A stretch of 32,000 bases of DNA from Trichodesmium erythraeum IMS101 (GCF_000014265.1 NC_008312.1:4230001-4262000); one strand, 5' to 3'; positions 1-9,789 are shown, counted from the first letter of the stretch. Numbers and translations are program-made. The notes: generated by a model not told the origin, from the sequence alone.

Positions 1-2294
1 AAAATTAAATCTGGCATCAGGCCTTTTTCAATCATTTCTAATGCTTCAATTCCATTATTAGCTTCAGTAATAGCATAATTTTGTAAAGCCAAATTATTTC
101 TAATAACTTGTAAATTAACTGGTTCATCATCTACAATTAAAACTGTAAAATCTCCCATTTCTGCTTCTAAATATTGTAGTTTAACGTCCTTACTTTTTGG
201 TTCAAAATCTGTAACTAATGGTATTGATGGAGATAATGTAACTTGTGGAAAATTAACTACTTGAGTTTTAGAGATTGGAATAGTAAATTTAAACTGAGAA
301 CCCACACCTACTTCTGATAAAACGCAGAGAGAACCTTTGTGTAATTCTACTAACTTTTTAGTAATAGCTAAACCCAAACCAGTACCACCATATTCTCTAG
401 AAGTAGAGCCATTTGCTTGTTCAAATGATTCAAAAATTTGATCTAATTTATCTGATGGAATGCCAATACCTGTATCACTAACAGTAATCTCTAATAAAGA
501 AACGTTATTACTAGAGTTTTCTAGTTGATTTTCTAAGACTTTAGCCGAGACCTCTATTTTACCTGAGTCAGTAAACTTAACTGCATTACCAACTAAATTA
601 TAAAAGATTTGCTGAAGTCGATTTTCATCAGCATCAACAAAAGGTATATCATAACTAATAGAATTAATTATTTGTAAAGGCTTTGTACCAATCATGGAAC
701 TAGAAAGATTAATTACTATCTCTGCTACTTCTCTCACCCCTACTGGTTTTAATTTTAATTCGATATTGCGATGTTTAAGTTTATAAAAATCAAGAATATC
801 GTTAATTAAATTTGATAATCTTTTGCCAGAAAAAATCACTAGATAAAGATTATTTTTAACCTCAGAAGATAATTCTCCTGCTACCCCATCTATTAATGAT
901 TCTGTAATCCCAATAATTCCATTCAAAGGAGTACGAAGTTCGTGAGATGTATTAGCTAAAAATTCGTCTTTTAATTTATCTAAATTTTCTAATTGTTTAT
1001 TCTTAATTGTCAGTAAATTAAAGGAATTTTGTAATTGAAAAGCCATAGAATTAAAAGCTTTAGCAAGTTCCCCTACTTCATCATCACGATTAAGTTCAAT
1101 TTTCTGATTAAATTCTCCTTCAGATAAGGCAGTAGCTACATCTTTTAGTTTTAAAATAGGTTGCACAACCCAACGAGATGTTAAGATACCAATTACTGTT
1201 GCTAAAACTAATGCCAATAGACAAAGTATAATCGTGATTTTAGTTTGTTTATAAATATTATCTAGAAAGTCTATTTCTGGAATTACTATTACTATTAACC
1301 AGTCTAAACCATACTGATCTTGGAAAGGTTTTATATTAAGAAATTGTCGTTGATTATTAATCTTAAATTGCAGATATTTTCCATCATTAATTAATTTATT
1401 TAAGTCAAATTCTGTGCTTAAATATTTGGCTGTAGCTTGAGTCAAATCATTATAACTTTCAATGGCTTGAACTCTCTCAGCTCCGTATGCTTTATTTATC
1501 GTACGAAAAGGCTTTTCTCCTGTAGAAGTTGCCACTAACATTCCCGAACGCTCAAGAATAAAAATTTGTCCAGTTTTACCAATTTCTAGACTCCCTAAAA
1601 AGTCACCAATTTGTGATAGATTAATATTTGTTAATAGTACACCCTGCAATTTTCCCTGGTCATTATAAAAAGCCTTAGATGCGCCAAGATAAGCAGTGAG
1701 ACCAGCAGTATTAGGATAAATTTCACTCCAAGTAGGTTGACCACTAGCTACAGCAGCTTTGTACCAAGGTCGAGTGCGTGGGTCGAATTTAATACTATTT
1801 AATAGTTGGACTCGCTCACCAAATTGATTTGTGGAATAAGTTTCAAAAATATAATTGCTTTCTTGGGTTGAAATTCTCAGATGTAGAGTATCCTGAGTAA
1901 GTCTTTCGGCCCCCAAATTAACTTTATTTTCTAATCCTAATCCTGTAAAACCAAGAACATCAAATATTTGTAGTTGTTGCCAAAAGTAATTTTCTAATTG
2001 AGAAGTATTTTCTAAATCTAATTGACCATTACGAATAGTAGTAGCATTAATTTGATTAACCTGATGGGGAACACGAAGGTAAGCTTCTAAATTTTGTTCA
2101 ACTCTAGCAACCTGTTCATTCAAAAGTTGATTAACTACATCATTAATAGCTCTTTGAGAATTTTCTATAGAAATATACCCTATTAAACCTACTACCCCAA
2201 ATACTTGCACTATAAATGGTAGTATTAAAGTTGTACGGAGGGGAACTTTTCCAGAAATTTGAGCAAATAATCTACTCAGGTATTTTAAAGCCAT
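1..2294 (-). CDS. Hybrid sensor histidine kinase (Cache-like sensor, HAMP, HisKA, HATPase_c, N-terminal part of a receiver domain); 3-prime end lies beyond the window start
   Basis: The reverse strand is open from the ATG at 2294 to the window edge (764 full codons). It is absent from the ORF track because it is truncated. My translation starts MALKYLSRLFAQISGKVPLRTTLILPFIVQVFGVVGLIGY (TM). About 280 aa of extracytoplasmic region follow, then a second TM (ITIILCLLALVLATVIGIL) and a HAMP-like linker. The H-box is FLANTSHELRTPLNGI and the G-boxes are SDTGIGIP and YGGTGLGLAI. The receiver domain begins VLIVDDEPVN...MPDLI at the edge. Confidence 0.85.
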   Translation of the reverse strand, partial: MALKYLSRLFAQISGKVPLRTTLILPFIVQVFGVVGLIGYISIENSQRAINDVVNQLLNEQVARVEQNLEAYLRVPHQVNQINATTIRNGQLDLENTSQLENYFWQQLQIFDVLGFTGLGLENKVNLGAERLTQDTLHLRISTQESNYIFETYSTNQFGERVQLLNSIKFDPRTRPWYKAAVASGQPTWSEIYPNTAGLTAYLGASKAFYNDQGKLQGVLLTNINLSQIGDFLGSLEIGKTGQIFILERSGMLVATSTGEKPFRTINKAYGAERVQAIESYNDLTQATAKYLSTEFDLNKLINDGKYLQFKINNQRQFLNIKPFQDQYGLDWLIVIVIPEIDFLDNIYKQTKITIILCLLALVLATVIGILTSRWVVQPILKLKDVATALSEGEFNQKIELNRDDEVGELAKAFNSMAFQLQNSFNLLTIKNKQLENLDKLKDEFLANTSHELRTPLNGIIGITESLIDGVAGELSSEVKNNLYLVIFSGKRLSNLINDILDFYKLKHRNIELKLKPVGVREVAEIVINLSSSMIGTKPLQIINSISYDIPFVDADENRLQQIFYNLVGNAVKFTDSGKIEVSAKVLENQLENSSNNVSLLEITVSDTGIGIPSDKLDQIFESFEQANGSTSREYGGTGLGLAITKKLVELHKGSLCVLSEVGVGSQFKFTIPISKTQVVNFPQVTLSPSIPLVTDFEPKSKDVKLQYLEAEMGDFTVLIVDDEPVNLQVIRNNLALQNYAITEANNGIEALEMIEKGLMPDLI

Positions 2295-3581
2295 AATGTT
2301 TATTTGAGAGTGGAATTACCTAGCAAACATATTTCCTCTAGCAAGGATATAATAGAGTTTGAGGATACTTCTTTGTGGGCAATATAACAACTCAGTCAAA
2401 TATATTATAACTCTTCAGTATGATGTATAATATATAGTTGATTGGCATAAGACTTTTTTTACTTTTTACTGCAATGAATCAAAGGTTTCCGTACAATAAT
2501 ATCAATATCCAACTACCCAGTCTAAAATATCTTTTTTTTAGTTATGTACGGCTTTCCATATTCAAATATGACATTGGTGCATAGAAAGATGAAATTAACC
2601 TGTCAAAAGCTATGGATAGATTAAAGCATTCAAGTACCTAAGAGTAAAAGCTTCATTAGTCAACCTACCCTTTATTCCCAAGGCTATTTTATTTTAGGTT
2701 TTAGATACAGAAAAAATAGTTTAACTTTGTCTGAAAACCTTTAATCGTCAACTGTTTTTTTTATGAAATTATGTATATAAATATTTTAATTGAAAAAAAC
2801 TTAAAAAAGTAAATTATCCACCAAAATATTAGTGTAAAATACATGGATAATGGTTAATATTAGTAATAACTATTTCTAGCCTTGTGTGAATAGATATCAC
2901 ATAAATATATTGGATATTTCACCTTAGCTAATCTATCAAGTATTATAGAAGCTTTTAATATTTATCCAAGATTACCATTATATTCAACAACCAGGGCAGA
3001 AAAAAAAGAGTGCTTTTTATTGACTTACTTCATCAATTCAATGAATAGTCAAGATAATTATCTAAGGATGATTCATTACAAAAGTGGGTGTATATTAATG
3101 GTAAAAATTTACGGAATATTGTTACTAAATTGAACGATAATCAGCAAAATTTTGTTAAAATAATTTCATCGTTTAATCGCAATAGTGGAATAATTTTAAA
3201 TTTAAAATTATTGGGATCATAATTGTTAATAAATTAACCAAGCTCAATAATTTATAAGATCTTCCTCACTAAAGAATACTATTTTTACCATAAGTAATTT
3301 ACATTGCTATCAAAAAAACTACTGAATTAATTACAATTACAAATAAAAATAATGATTATTTAATTGCTTTAAAAAGAATAAACCTACTTTATCTCGACAG
3401 ATAGAACAGATCAGTAATAATCGCAATAAATTAATTTTTTCATGAAAAAGATCATAGTCATGATTGAAATACAGAAAGAATAATTTCAGTTTTTTAACCT
3501 GCATTAAGCATGGCTAATTTTTGGAAAAATGTTCAAAATTTTATTAAAGTATAAAGACTTTAATTTAGAGGTAAAATATTA

Positions 3582-4694
3582 TAGCAATCCTAAGTAGGTT
3601 GCGGCAAAATTTCATACTGAAAAAGTTTTGGGAAATTGAATATTTGACCATCCGCAAAAAACTTAAATAGCCACTTAACTACTTTAAAAGAACTGCAAAG
3701 ATGATAAAAAGTAATACTGAAATTTTTGGTTTGTAACCAAATATCTTCAACAGGATTTTGCTCCGGAGCATTGGGAGCAAATCTTGTACAATTTATCAAC
3801 AATTCTTCTTCTGATAAGTATTGATTAATTGTCATTAAATATTCTCGAAATTCTTGAGAGTTATGGTAAGTTGCCCCATCCCAAAATATTGCCAATTTGT
3901 TGCCCGGTCTTTGCTTCTGCAAATATTTAATAAATTCAATAGTATTTTTAGTATTTCCACTCTCATATTCTTGCACAAGAAATTCCTTGGTTTTATAGTC
4001 TAAAGCTCCATAATAAGTCTGTCTTTCTTTTTCATTTTTAATTGCAATTTCTATTCTTTCATCTGTTTTTCCCCAAGCATAACCTAATATGTCTCCCCAT
4101 AGAAGATGACATTCATCAATCATAAACACTGTAAGCTTTCCAGTTTCTATTTCTGGTTGCCATTTAGCTAAAAATTCCTCTATTTCTTTTCTTTTAACTT
4201 CTACTAATTCATCATTTTTAGCAGGATTCTTTTTTTGAGTTTTTTTCCAACTTATGCCCGCTTCTTTAAACAAGTTATAGTAACTTTGATTAGACTCAAA
4301 AACCACATCATATTGCTCCTGTAAGTAGTTTTTTAAATCTGATAACCTAAGATAATCTTGTGCTCTCAACCACTCAATTGTTTTCTCTTTTTCGACCGTT
4401 TTTAAGTAACCTTGTCTCCCTTGATACTGAAGCCTTAAACTTTCTACACCATGAAATAATGCTTGGTTTTTCCATTCACTAATAAAACTGTGAGAAACAT
4501 TTAATAATTCTTTGACTTCATGGTAGGATTTTCCTGACAAGGTCATTTTTACGGCCAAGGCCCTTTTAATTTCTTTAGACTCTTTTGTTTGATTAATAAA
4601 ATCATTTAGTTTATCTATAATATTCATTTTTTGTCTTTTTCTTAGATCTGTTATTCTTACTATTATATCTGTTGCGACCAATATGGGATTGCTA
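3582..4694 (-). mobile_element. IS630-family insertion sequence, apparently intact, with imperfect terminal inverted repeats and TA target duplication
   Basis: The left end is ta|tagcaatcctaagtaggttgcggc (3580-3605). The right end is gttgcgaccaatatgggattgcta|ta (4671-4696). The outer 9-11 nt are perfect inverted repeats (tagcaatcc / ggattgcta) with partial matching further in. A TA dinucleotide flanks both ends, as expected for IS630/Tc1-mariner elements. The element carries a single transposase ORF. Confidence 0.85.
3590..4627 (-). CDS. IS630-family DDE transposase (HTH plus DDE_3-type catalytic domain)
   Basis: This is the track ORF 3590..4681. The likely real start is the ATG at 4627 (MNIIDKLNDF...), because the upstream TTG start lies inside the terminal repeat. 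It has an N-terminal HTH-like region (SYHEVKELLNVSHSFISEWK). The catalytic region contains FMIDECHLLWGD, IFWDGATYHNS and NAPEQNPVEDIW (DDE triad context). The stop codon lies inside the left inverted repeat. Confidence 0.85.
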   Translation of the reverse strand: MNIIDKLNDFINQTKESKEIKRALAVKMTLSGKSYHEVKELLNVSHSFISEWKNQALFHGVESLRLQYQGRQGYLKTVEKEKTIEWLRAQDYLRLSDLKNYLQEQYDVVFESNQSYYNLFKEAGISWKKTQKKNPAKNDELVEVKRKEIEEFLAKWQPEIETGKLTVFMIDECHLLWGDILGYAWGKTDERIEIAIKNEKERQTYYGALDYKTKEFLVQEYESGNTKNTIEFIKYLQKQRPGNKLAIFWDGATYHNSQEFREYLMTINQYLSEEELLINCTRFAPNAPEQNPVEDIWLQTKNFSITFYHLCSSFKVVKWLFKFFADGQIFNFPKLFQYEILPQPT

Positions 4695-5500
4695 TATAAA
4701 TAAACTGTTTTTTTATATAAGTATTATAATAGAAATATCAAGTATTTTTTCTTCTAAAATTCGAGAAAATTGGAAGATATCAAATCAATTGCATTAGGTA
4801 AAATATTTCATTTTTCAGGAAAATATATCTCTAATTTATGAACATCAACTAGCAATAAACATATCTATTAAAAAAACTATCGCCATTCATTTAATAAGAT
4901 TAATTTTTTTTCAGTAACTGAAGCTCGAAGATAGCTTAATAAAAAAAATCAAGGTTTTGGTTTTATTTAAATTAAATAATTCTACTGCCCCAAGAATTAA
5001 AATTATAGTGTTTAATAAGATTCAACGATTCAGTAAGTATTTATCCTTAATATTTCATTGAAATTTTTACCCCTGATCAAGGTAAATGAAGATAATTTTT
5101 ATAGTATAAATATTTAAGCAAGCTACGGATTTTATACTATTTCTTATATCACTATTTTAATTACAGAATGTGGGCTATAAGTTCTTTTAGCTATAATTTG
5201 TCAATACTTAAATGTGTAGCAATATAGCTCTTGTTTAACAACTTATCCACTTTTTGACCCAATTCATAAAAGTACTGTGGTGAATTTTCTGACTCGAGGA
5301 TTAAGATTAGTGAAGGGTATCTTGAGCCTGATGGCCTAGAATTATCTCATTGACACATTTCGGTTAAAGATTCATTTTTTAATCATTTTTATGACTTCAT
5401 CATAGTAGCTCTGATGAAATTGATAACAGTCAATAAATTGACGAAAAAAGTTGAGGCAAAATTTTGTTGTGTTACCTATTGATTTCTGCTATTTTTAGGG

Positions 5501-5802
5501 ATATGATAAAAAATATATTCTGAATACTTACCCATCTAACATCTCAAAAAAAATATTCTTATATTATTCTAAATTCATAGTTCAATTTACCAAAACTATA
5601 AATCCTAAGATCAATTTTTCCAGGGATTTTTCGATAAATTAGGATTAGAATATATGACAAAAAATATATTCTAAATACTTACCCATCTAACATCTCAAAA
5701 AAAATATTCTTATATTATTCTAAATTCATAGTTCAATTTACCAAAACTATAAATCCTAAGACCAATTTTTCCAGGGATTTTTCGATAAATTAGAATTAGA
5801 AT
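5501..5802. repeat. Two-copy tandem direct repeat, period 151 bp (5501-5651 and 5652-5802), 4 mismatches
   Basis: I aligned the two copies by eye. They differ only at t/c (5507/5658), g/a (5522/5673), t/c (5611/5762) and g/a (5643/5794). Copy 2 contains the last 47 nt of the CYTH CDS including its stop codon. Confidence 0.9.
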
Positions 5803-6223
5803 ATCTGTAATCCTGAGAAACTTCTTCTCCTATCCATTCAGGCAATTCAACTTTTTGGTTTTCATCATCAAGTTCAACTTCAGCGACAATTAAGCCTTCA
5901 TTGTCTTGGACAAACTCATCAACCTCCCAGACTAGCTCACCATGATGAACCTTATATCTAATCTTTTCAATTAAACCGGAACTACACAAACTATTCAACA
6001 TCTCTTCAGCATCTTCCAGAGGAATTTCATACTCATATTCCGCTCTAGAATTACCAAATGATGGTCCTTTAATAGTTAAATAACCTTGATCCCCTACCAC
6101 TCTTGCCCTTAATGTTATACCATCTTCTGTAGACATATAACCTTGACGATAGACTTGTCCAACAGCTTGATTTTTCCATCCATTGCCTCTAACTAAAAAC
6201 TTGCGTTCTATCTCAATTGCCAT
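5756..6223 (-). CDS. CYTH domain protein (CyaB/ThTPase-type triphosphate tunnel metalloenzyme)
   Basis: 155-aa ORF. The N-terminal signature is MAIEIERKFLV (the EXEXK motif of CYTH). Alternating acidic and basic beta-strand motifs (LRARV, YEYEI, WEVDEF, AEVEL) are typical of the family. Confidence 0.8.
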   Translation of the reverse strand: MAIEIERKFLVRGNGWKNQAVGQVYRQGYMSTEDGITLRARVVGDQGYLTIKGPSFGNSRAEYEYEIPLEDAEEMLNSLCSSGLIEKIRYKVHHGELVWEVDEFVQDNEGLIVAEVELDDENQKVELPEWIGEEVSQDYRYSNSNLSKNPWKNWS

Positions 6224-6268
6224 TTAAACACTTCAGAAATCTTGAGAATTAACATTTAATATTGTATA

Positions 6269-6781
6269 ATGATTATAATCATAATGGGAGTTTCTGGTGC
6301 TGGAAAATCTACCATAGGAAAATTACTAGCCAAATCTCTAGATTGGCATTTTTTTGATGCAGACCTTTTTCATCCCAAAGCTAATATAGAAAAAATGAGC
6401 AATGGAATTCCTTTAAGTGATGCTGACCGAACTCCTTGGCTAAAAAGGATAAGAAATGCAATTAATGAATGGTTAGGAGAGCATAAAAATGTTGTCTTCG
6501 CCTGTTCTGCTCTTAAAAAGACTTATCGTAATTACCTTGTAACAAACACAAAAAATGTCAAAATAGTTTATTTACAAGGGTCTTTTGATTTGTTTTCCCA
6601 AAGACTAACAGCTAGAAAAAATCACTTTATGAAAGTTGAGATGCTAAGAAGTCAATTTGATATTCTTGAGGAACCAAGAGAAGCAATAATAGTAGATGCT
6701 GCAAAATCTCCAAAAGAAATTATCAAATACATTAGGAAAAAATTATATGATCTAAAATTTCTTACTTTTAGTAAGTCCTAG
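6269..6781 (+). CDS. gntK: Gluconokinase (gluconate kinase, GntK/IdnK family)
   Basis: 170-aa ORF with P-loop MGVSGAGKSTIG. The family-typical block FFDADLFHPKANIEKMSNGIPLSDADRTPWL and ACSALKKTYR are present. It is divergent from the CYTH gene with only 45 bp between the start codons. Confidence 0.8.
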   Translation: MIIIIMGVSGAGKSTIGKLLAKSLDWHFFDADLFHPKANIEKMSNGIPLSDADRTPWLKRIRNAINEWLGEHKNVVFACSALKKTYRNYLVTNTKNVKIVYLQGSFDLFSQRLTARKNHFMKVEMLRSQFDILEEPREAIIVDAAKSPKEIIKYIRKKLYDLKFLTFSKS

Positions 6782-6853
6782 GTAGTAGGTGAAAAAGTTA
6801 ATTTTATTAACATATAATCTAACACCTACAACCTAAGAACTAAAACCTTTCTT

Positions 6854-7354
6854 TTACTTCAAGAAACCTCTAGCTATTCCCATCAAATTATTTATATCAA
6901 CATCTCCACCAGCATCTAAAAAACTACTTAAAAAATTATTAGATGCTTGTTCAGGATCTTGAGTATCGTTATTAGTTTTGAATAAATTTAGAATTACCGG
7001 AACTATAGTAGGCAGTAAATTCTGAATTTTTGAGTAATCAAAATCTTTTGTTTCAGATATCTTGCCAAGAATATCAGTAACTTTATCACTGGAAAATAGA
7101 GAGTCAACTGCTTCGGGGTTGGGAGTTGTGCCTGCAAATTTATTGATAATTTCTTGAACTCCTTCATTACCTAACTCTTCTCGTTTTTCCTGCAAAGCTG
7201 AACTTACATAATGCATAACAATTTGAATTTGGCTAGCACCTACTCCTTGAGTTCCGCTAAGTTGATTCACTATATCAAGAATATTGAACTTTTCACCAGT
7301 ACCCTCTTGATTAAGATTATTGACAGCACCGACAATTTCATCGAAAATTCCCAT
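6854..7354 (-). CDS. Conserved hypothetical protein, DUF937-like
   Basis: 166-aa ORF. The N-terminus MGIFDEIVGAV and the C-terminal LDAGGDVDINNLMGIARGFL resemble DUF937 family proteins. I made this assignment from memory of the family pattern only. Confidence 0.5.
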   Translation of the reverse strand: MGIFDEIVGAVNNLNQEGTGEKFNILDIVNQLSGTQGVGASQIQIVMHYVSSALQEKREELGNEGVQEIINKFAGTTPNPEAVDSLFSSDKVTDILGKISETKDFDYSKIQNLLPTIVPVILNLFKTNNDTQDPEQASNNFLSSFLDAGGDVDINNLMGIARGFLK

Positions 7355-7607
7355 ATTTTTTTCACCCTAATTTAAATTGACAAAAAGTTAAGATAGTTTT
7401 GTAGTCTCACTGAACTATTAATATATTTTCCATGTTAGCTATTTGAGATATTCTCCGGCCTTTAGTTAGAGAGATTCTCCTGAAATGAGGATTCTTGGTT
7501 CATTGATTCTACTTAAATTAAACATCCTGAAATACTTAATTCATAGATAATCATTTTACCAAGCATTTTATCTGTTTCAAAAGCCTATAGATTTATGTTC
7601 TACGGTA

Positions 7608-7714
7608 AAGTTTAAAACTAAAAGAAACTTGGTTTTTTGGTACTTATTGTTTAAAGTTTTTGTATACAGAAACTAACAAAAATACAAAACCCCATAACTT
7701 TAGTTTTTAAGGTG
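7608..7714. repeat. Short MITE-like element sharing termini with a second copy at 27158-27245
   Basis: gtttaaaactaaaagaaactt (7610-7630) matches gtttaaaactaaaagagactt (27160-27180) at 20/21. tagtttttaagg (7701-7712) is identical to 27232-27243 and is an imperfect inverted copy of the first arm (10/12). The internal sequences differ. Confidence 0.3.
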
Positions 7715-7848
7715 AAGTGCCCTATTAATTAGATAACTACAGGCTCTTAGAGTAGTTGGGTATTTAATACCTTCCTGCTCTACCTACTCATAACACAAAT
7801 GATAATAACACAAAATGGCCTAGCTTACTTAATGGCGAAACTTTAAAA

Positions 7849-8832
7849 CTAATTTTTTGGTAAATAGCTACCTAAAAAGGCTTCTACTTCAGATTCAGTA
7901 GGTTGAGCTGTAACTGCTCCTAATTTAGTAGTAGTTATTGCCCCCACAGCACTAGCATAAGTAACAATTTGTTTTGCTACTCCTGGTTGCTGTAAACGGC
8001 GAATACCATATTGGCGCAATTGATGTATAAAACCTGCTACAAAGCCATCTCCTGCACCGGTAGTATCTACAGCATCTACTGAAAAAGCAGGTACTTTTCC
8101 TTCATTTTCTGATAAGTAATAAGCGCAGCCTTGATTACCGGCAGTTAATAGTAAACCTTCTACTGAATCTAATCTATAAGTAATTGCAGCAGGGTCGGTA
8201 CAGTCAAATAGCCACTCAGCTTCTTCTAGAGAAAGCTTGACAAAATCGGATCTTTTTAAGATCGACTGTATCAGTGGTTTAGCATCATCAGGATTAGGCC
8301 AAAATGAAGGACGCCAATTGACATCTACCATAATCTTAAGATGATACCGATCAGCCAAATCAAGGGCCTGATAAATAGCTTGTCTAGTTTGAGGATAAGC
8401 TAGTCCTAGAGTTCCTAAGATTAAAAATTCACCATTCAAAAACAAAGATTCTGGCAGAAGTTCAGCTTTGAGGTAGGTATCGGCAAACTCTGTTGTTGTC
8501 TGTTTTCCAAAACCAGCAAATTCACGCTCCCCAGTTTTAGAACGTAAAACATATACTTTTCGTGTTTGTGCATAAGGATGTCCCTGAATACCTGAAGTAT
8601 CTACCCCTATTTCCTGTAAAATTTGTACTAGTTTTTTACCTTCTGTATCCTCACCCACAGAACTAATGAGGGCAGCAGTTGTACCCAAATTGACTAAACC
8701 ACAGGCAACGTTAGCAGGTGCGCCACCAGGGTAGGTTGTCCAAGACTCTACTTTATTAAAAGTTTTCTCAGCTTGGTCCGCTAGACAATCAAATAAAATT
8801 TCACCAAGGCAAATAGCATAAGGATGGGTCAT
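7849..8832 (-). CDS. PfkB-family carbohydrate kinase, probable fructokinase
   Basis: This is the track ORF 7849..8913. The likely start is the ATG at 8832 (MTHPYAICLGEILFDCLADQ), since the 27-aa upstream extension is low-complexity. Motifs are GGAPANVACGL near the N-terminus and DTTGAGDGFVAGF (PfkB signature 2) near the C-terminus. Confidence 0.8.
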   Translation of the reverse strand: MTHPYAICLGEILFDCLADQAEKTFNKVESWTTYPGGAPANVACGLVNLGTTAALISSVGEDTEGKKLVQILQEIGVDTSGIQGHPYAQTRKVYVLRSKTGEREFAGFGKQTTTEFADTYLKAELLPESLFLNGEFLILGTLGLAYPQTRQAIYQALDLADRYHLKIMVDVNWRPSFWPNPDDAKPLIQSILKRSDFVKLSLEEAEWLFDCTDPAAITYRLDSVEGLLLTAGNQGCAYYLSENEGKVPAFSVDAVDTTGAGDGFVAGFIHQLRQYGIRRLQQPGVAKQIVTYASAVGAITTTKLGAVTAQPTESEVEAFLGSYLPKN

Positions 8833-9073
8833 ATTGATTTGAGTCTTGTAAAAATATAAATCGGTAATAAAAAATTTAAAATCACTAATGATCTTGATGG
8901 TGATCAAAATCAAAAATTTATTGATATGTAAATGACAAAAAGAAATTTATTCCATTCTCTGGAGACTTTCCTGTCGTTTTAGCACTTAAATAGATTTCAT
9001 TAACGTGATTTTTGTCAAGATATCCCTAAAATTATAATTAAGCAAATATACTTTCTGTATATAGGAAAAATTT

Positions 9074-9337
9074 ATGACTCGTTGCAAGTCTAAAACCCAT
9101 ACGTCTCTTTCTGAGAGGGAGCTACAAGTTATAGAACTAGTAGCAGATGGGTTGACCAATGAAAAAATAGCCTCTCGGCTAGAAATTAGCAAGCGAACAG
9201 TAGACAACCATATCAGTAATATTCTCAGTAAGACTTCAACTCATAATCGAGTAGAACTTGTACGCTGGGCTTTACAGTGGGGTAAAGTATGCTTCAATAA
9301 TATTAATTGTTGTAATGTCAAACAGCTAACTGAATAG
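9074..9337 (+). CDS. Small stand-alone LuxR/GerE-type HTH regulator, PedR-like
   Basis: 87-aa ORF consisting almost only of a GerE domain (LSERELQVIELVADGLTNEKIASRLEISKRTVDNHISNILSKTSTHNRVELVRWALQWG). A Cys-rich tail follows (C73, C79, C80). Its size and layout match the small cyanobacterial LuxR regulator PedR (Ssl0564). Confidence 0.75.
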   Translation: MTRCKSKTHTSLSERELQVIELVADGLTNEKIASRLEISKRTVDNHISNILSKTSTHNRVELVRWALQWGKVCFNNINCCNVKQLTE

Positions 9338-9495
9338 TTGGTATATCTTAATAGTTAAGAGAATAAAGAATAGTATTACAATCTACCTCACTATCATCAA
9401 AAGTTATTTAAATAGCTATTATTAGGTCATTTTACCATACTAATAATACTAATTCTGGTAAGATATTTAGGGATTAGACCTAATATAGTTCTTCA

Positions 9496-9789
9496 ATGGG
9501 AAATACTATAATGGAGACTGGGAAACACAAACAACAACGTTATCAAATTAGCTGTAAGGGACTTTCACTAGCAGTCTATAAAGAACTAGAGGCTCATTTA
9601 CGCCAAGTAGGCAAAGTACAAGTGGGTTTATTTTCTCCTCCTTCCTCAGAGCTGTTTGACTACAACAAAAGCCAAGTAGGAGGATTATGGTTAGAGTATG
9701 CTGAAGATGCTGAGGATGCTATTCGTGAAAAAGTTAACCAAATATTATCTTATTATGAGGAAATCTTTGGTTATTGGGAAGAAAATTAG
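9496..9789 (+). CDS. Hypothetical acidic 97-aa protein
   Basis: Clean ORF in a region of protein-like composition. I recognised no motif. The C-terminal half is strongly acidic (WLEYAEDAEDAIREKVNQILSYYEEIFGYWEEN). An alternative start is at 9511 (METGK). Confidence 0.55.
   Translation: MGNTIMETGKHKQQRYQISCKGLSLAVYKELEAHLRQVGKVQVGLFSPPSSELFDYNKSQVGGLWLEYAEDAEDAIREKVNQILSYYEEIFGYWEEN

Noticed and set aside
5501-5802. Considered whether the direct repeats could be a CRISPR array or a tandem sRNA array
   Set aside because: There are only two copies of a 151-bp unit with no spacer between them. One copy is simply the 3-prime end of the CYTH gene, so this is a plain tandem duplication.
7849-8913. 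N-terminal extensions proposed by the ORF track for pfkB (27 aa), cobK (17 aa) and the IS630 transposase (18 aa, TTG start)
   Set aside because: The extensions are low-complexity or lie in the IS terminal repeat. The family-typical N-termini begin at internal ATGs (8832, 13100 and 4627).
8986-9207. 73-aa minus-strand ORF overlapping the LuxR gene
   Set aside because: It is antisense to a well-supported GerE-domain CDS, has low-complexity Ser/Ile-rich sequence, and contains no motif.
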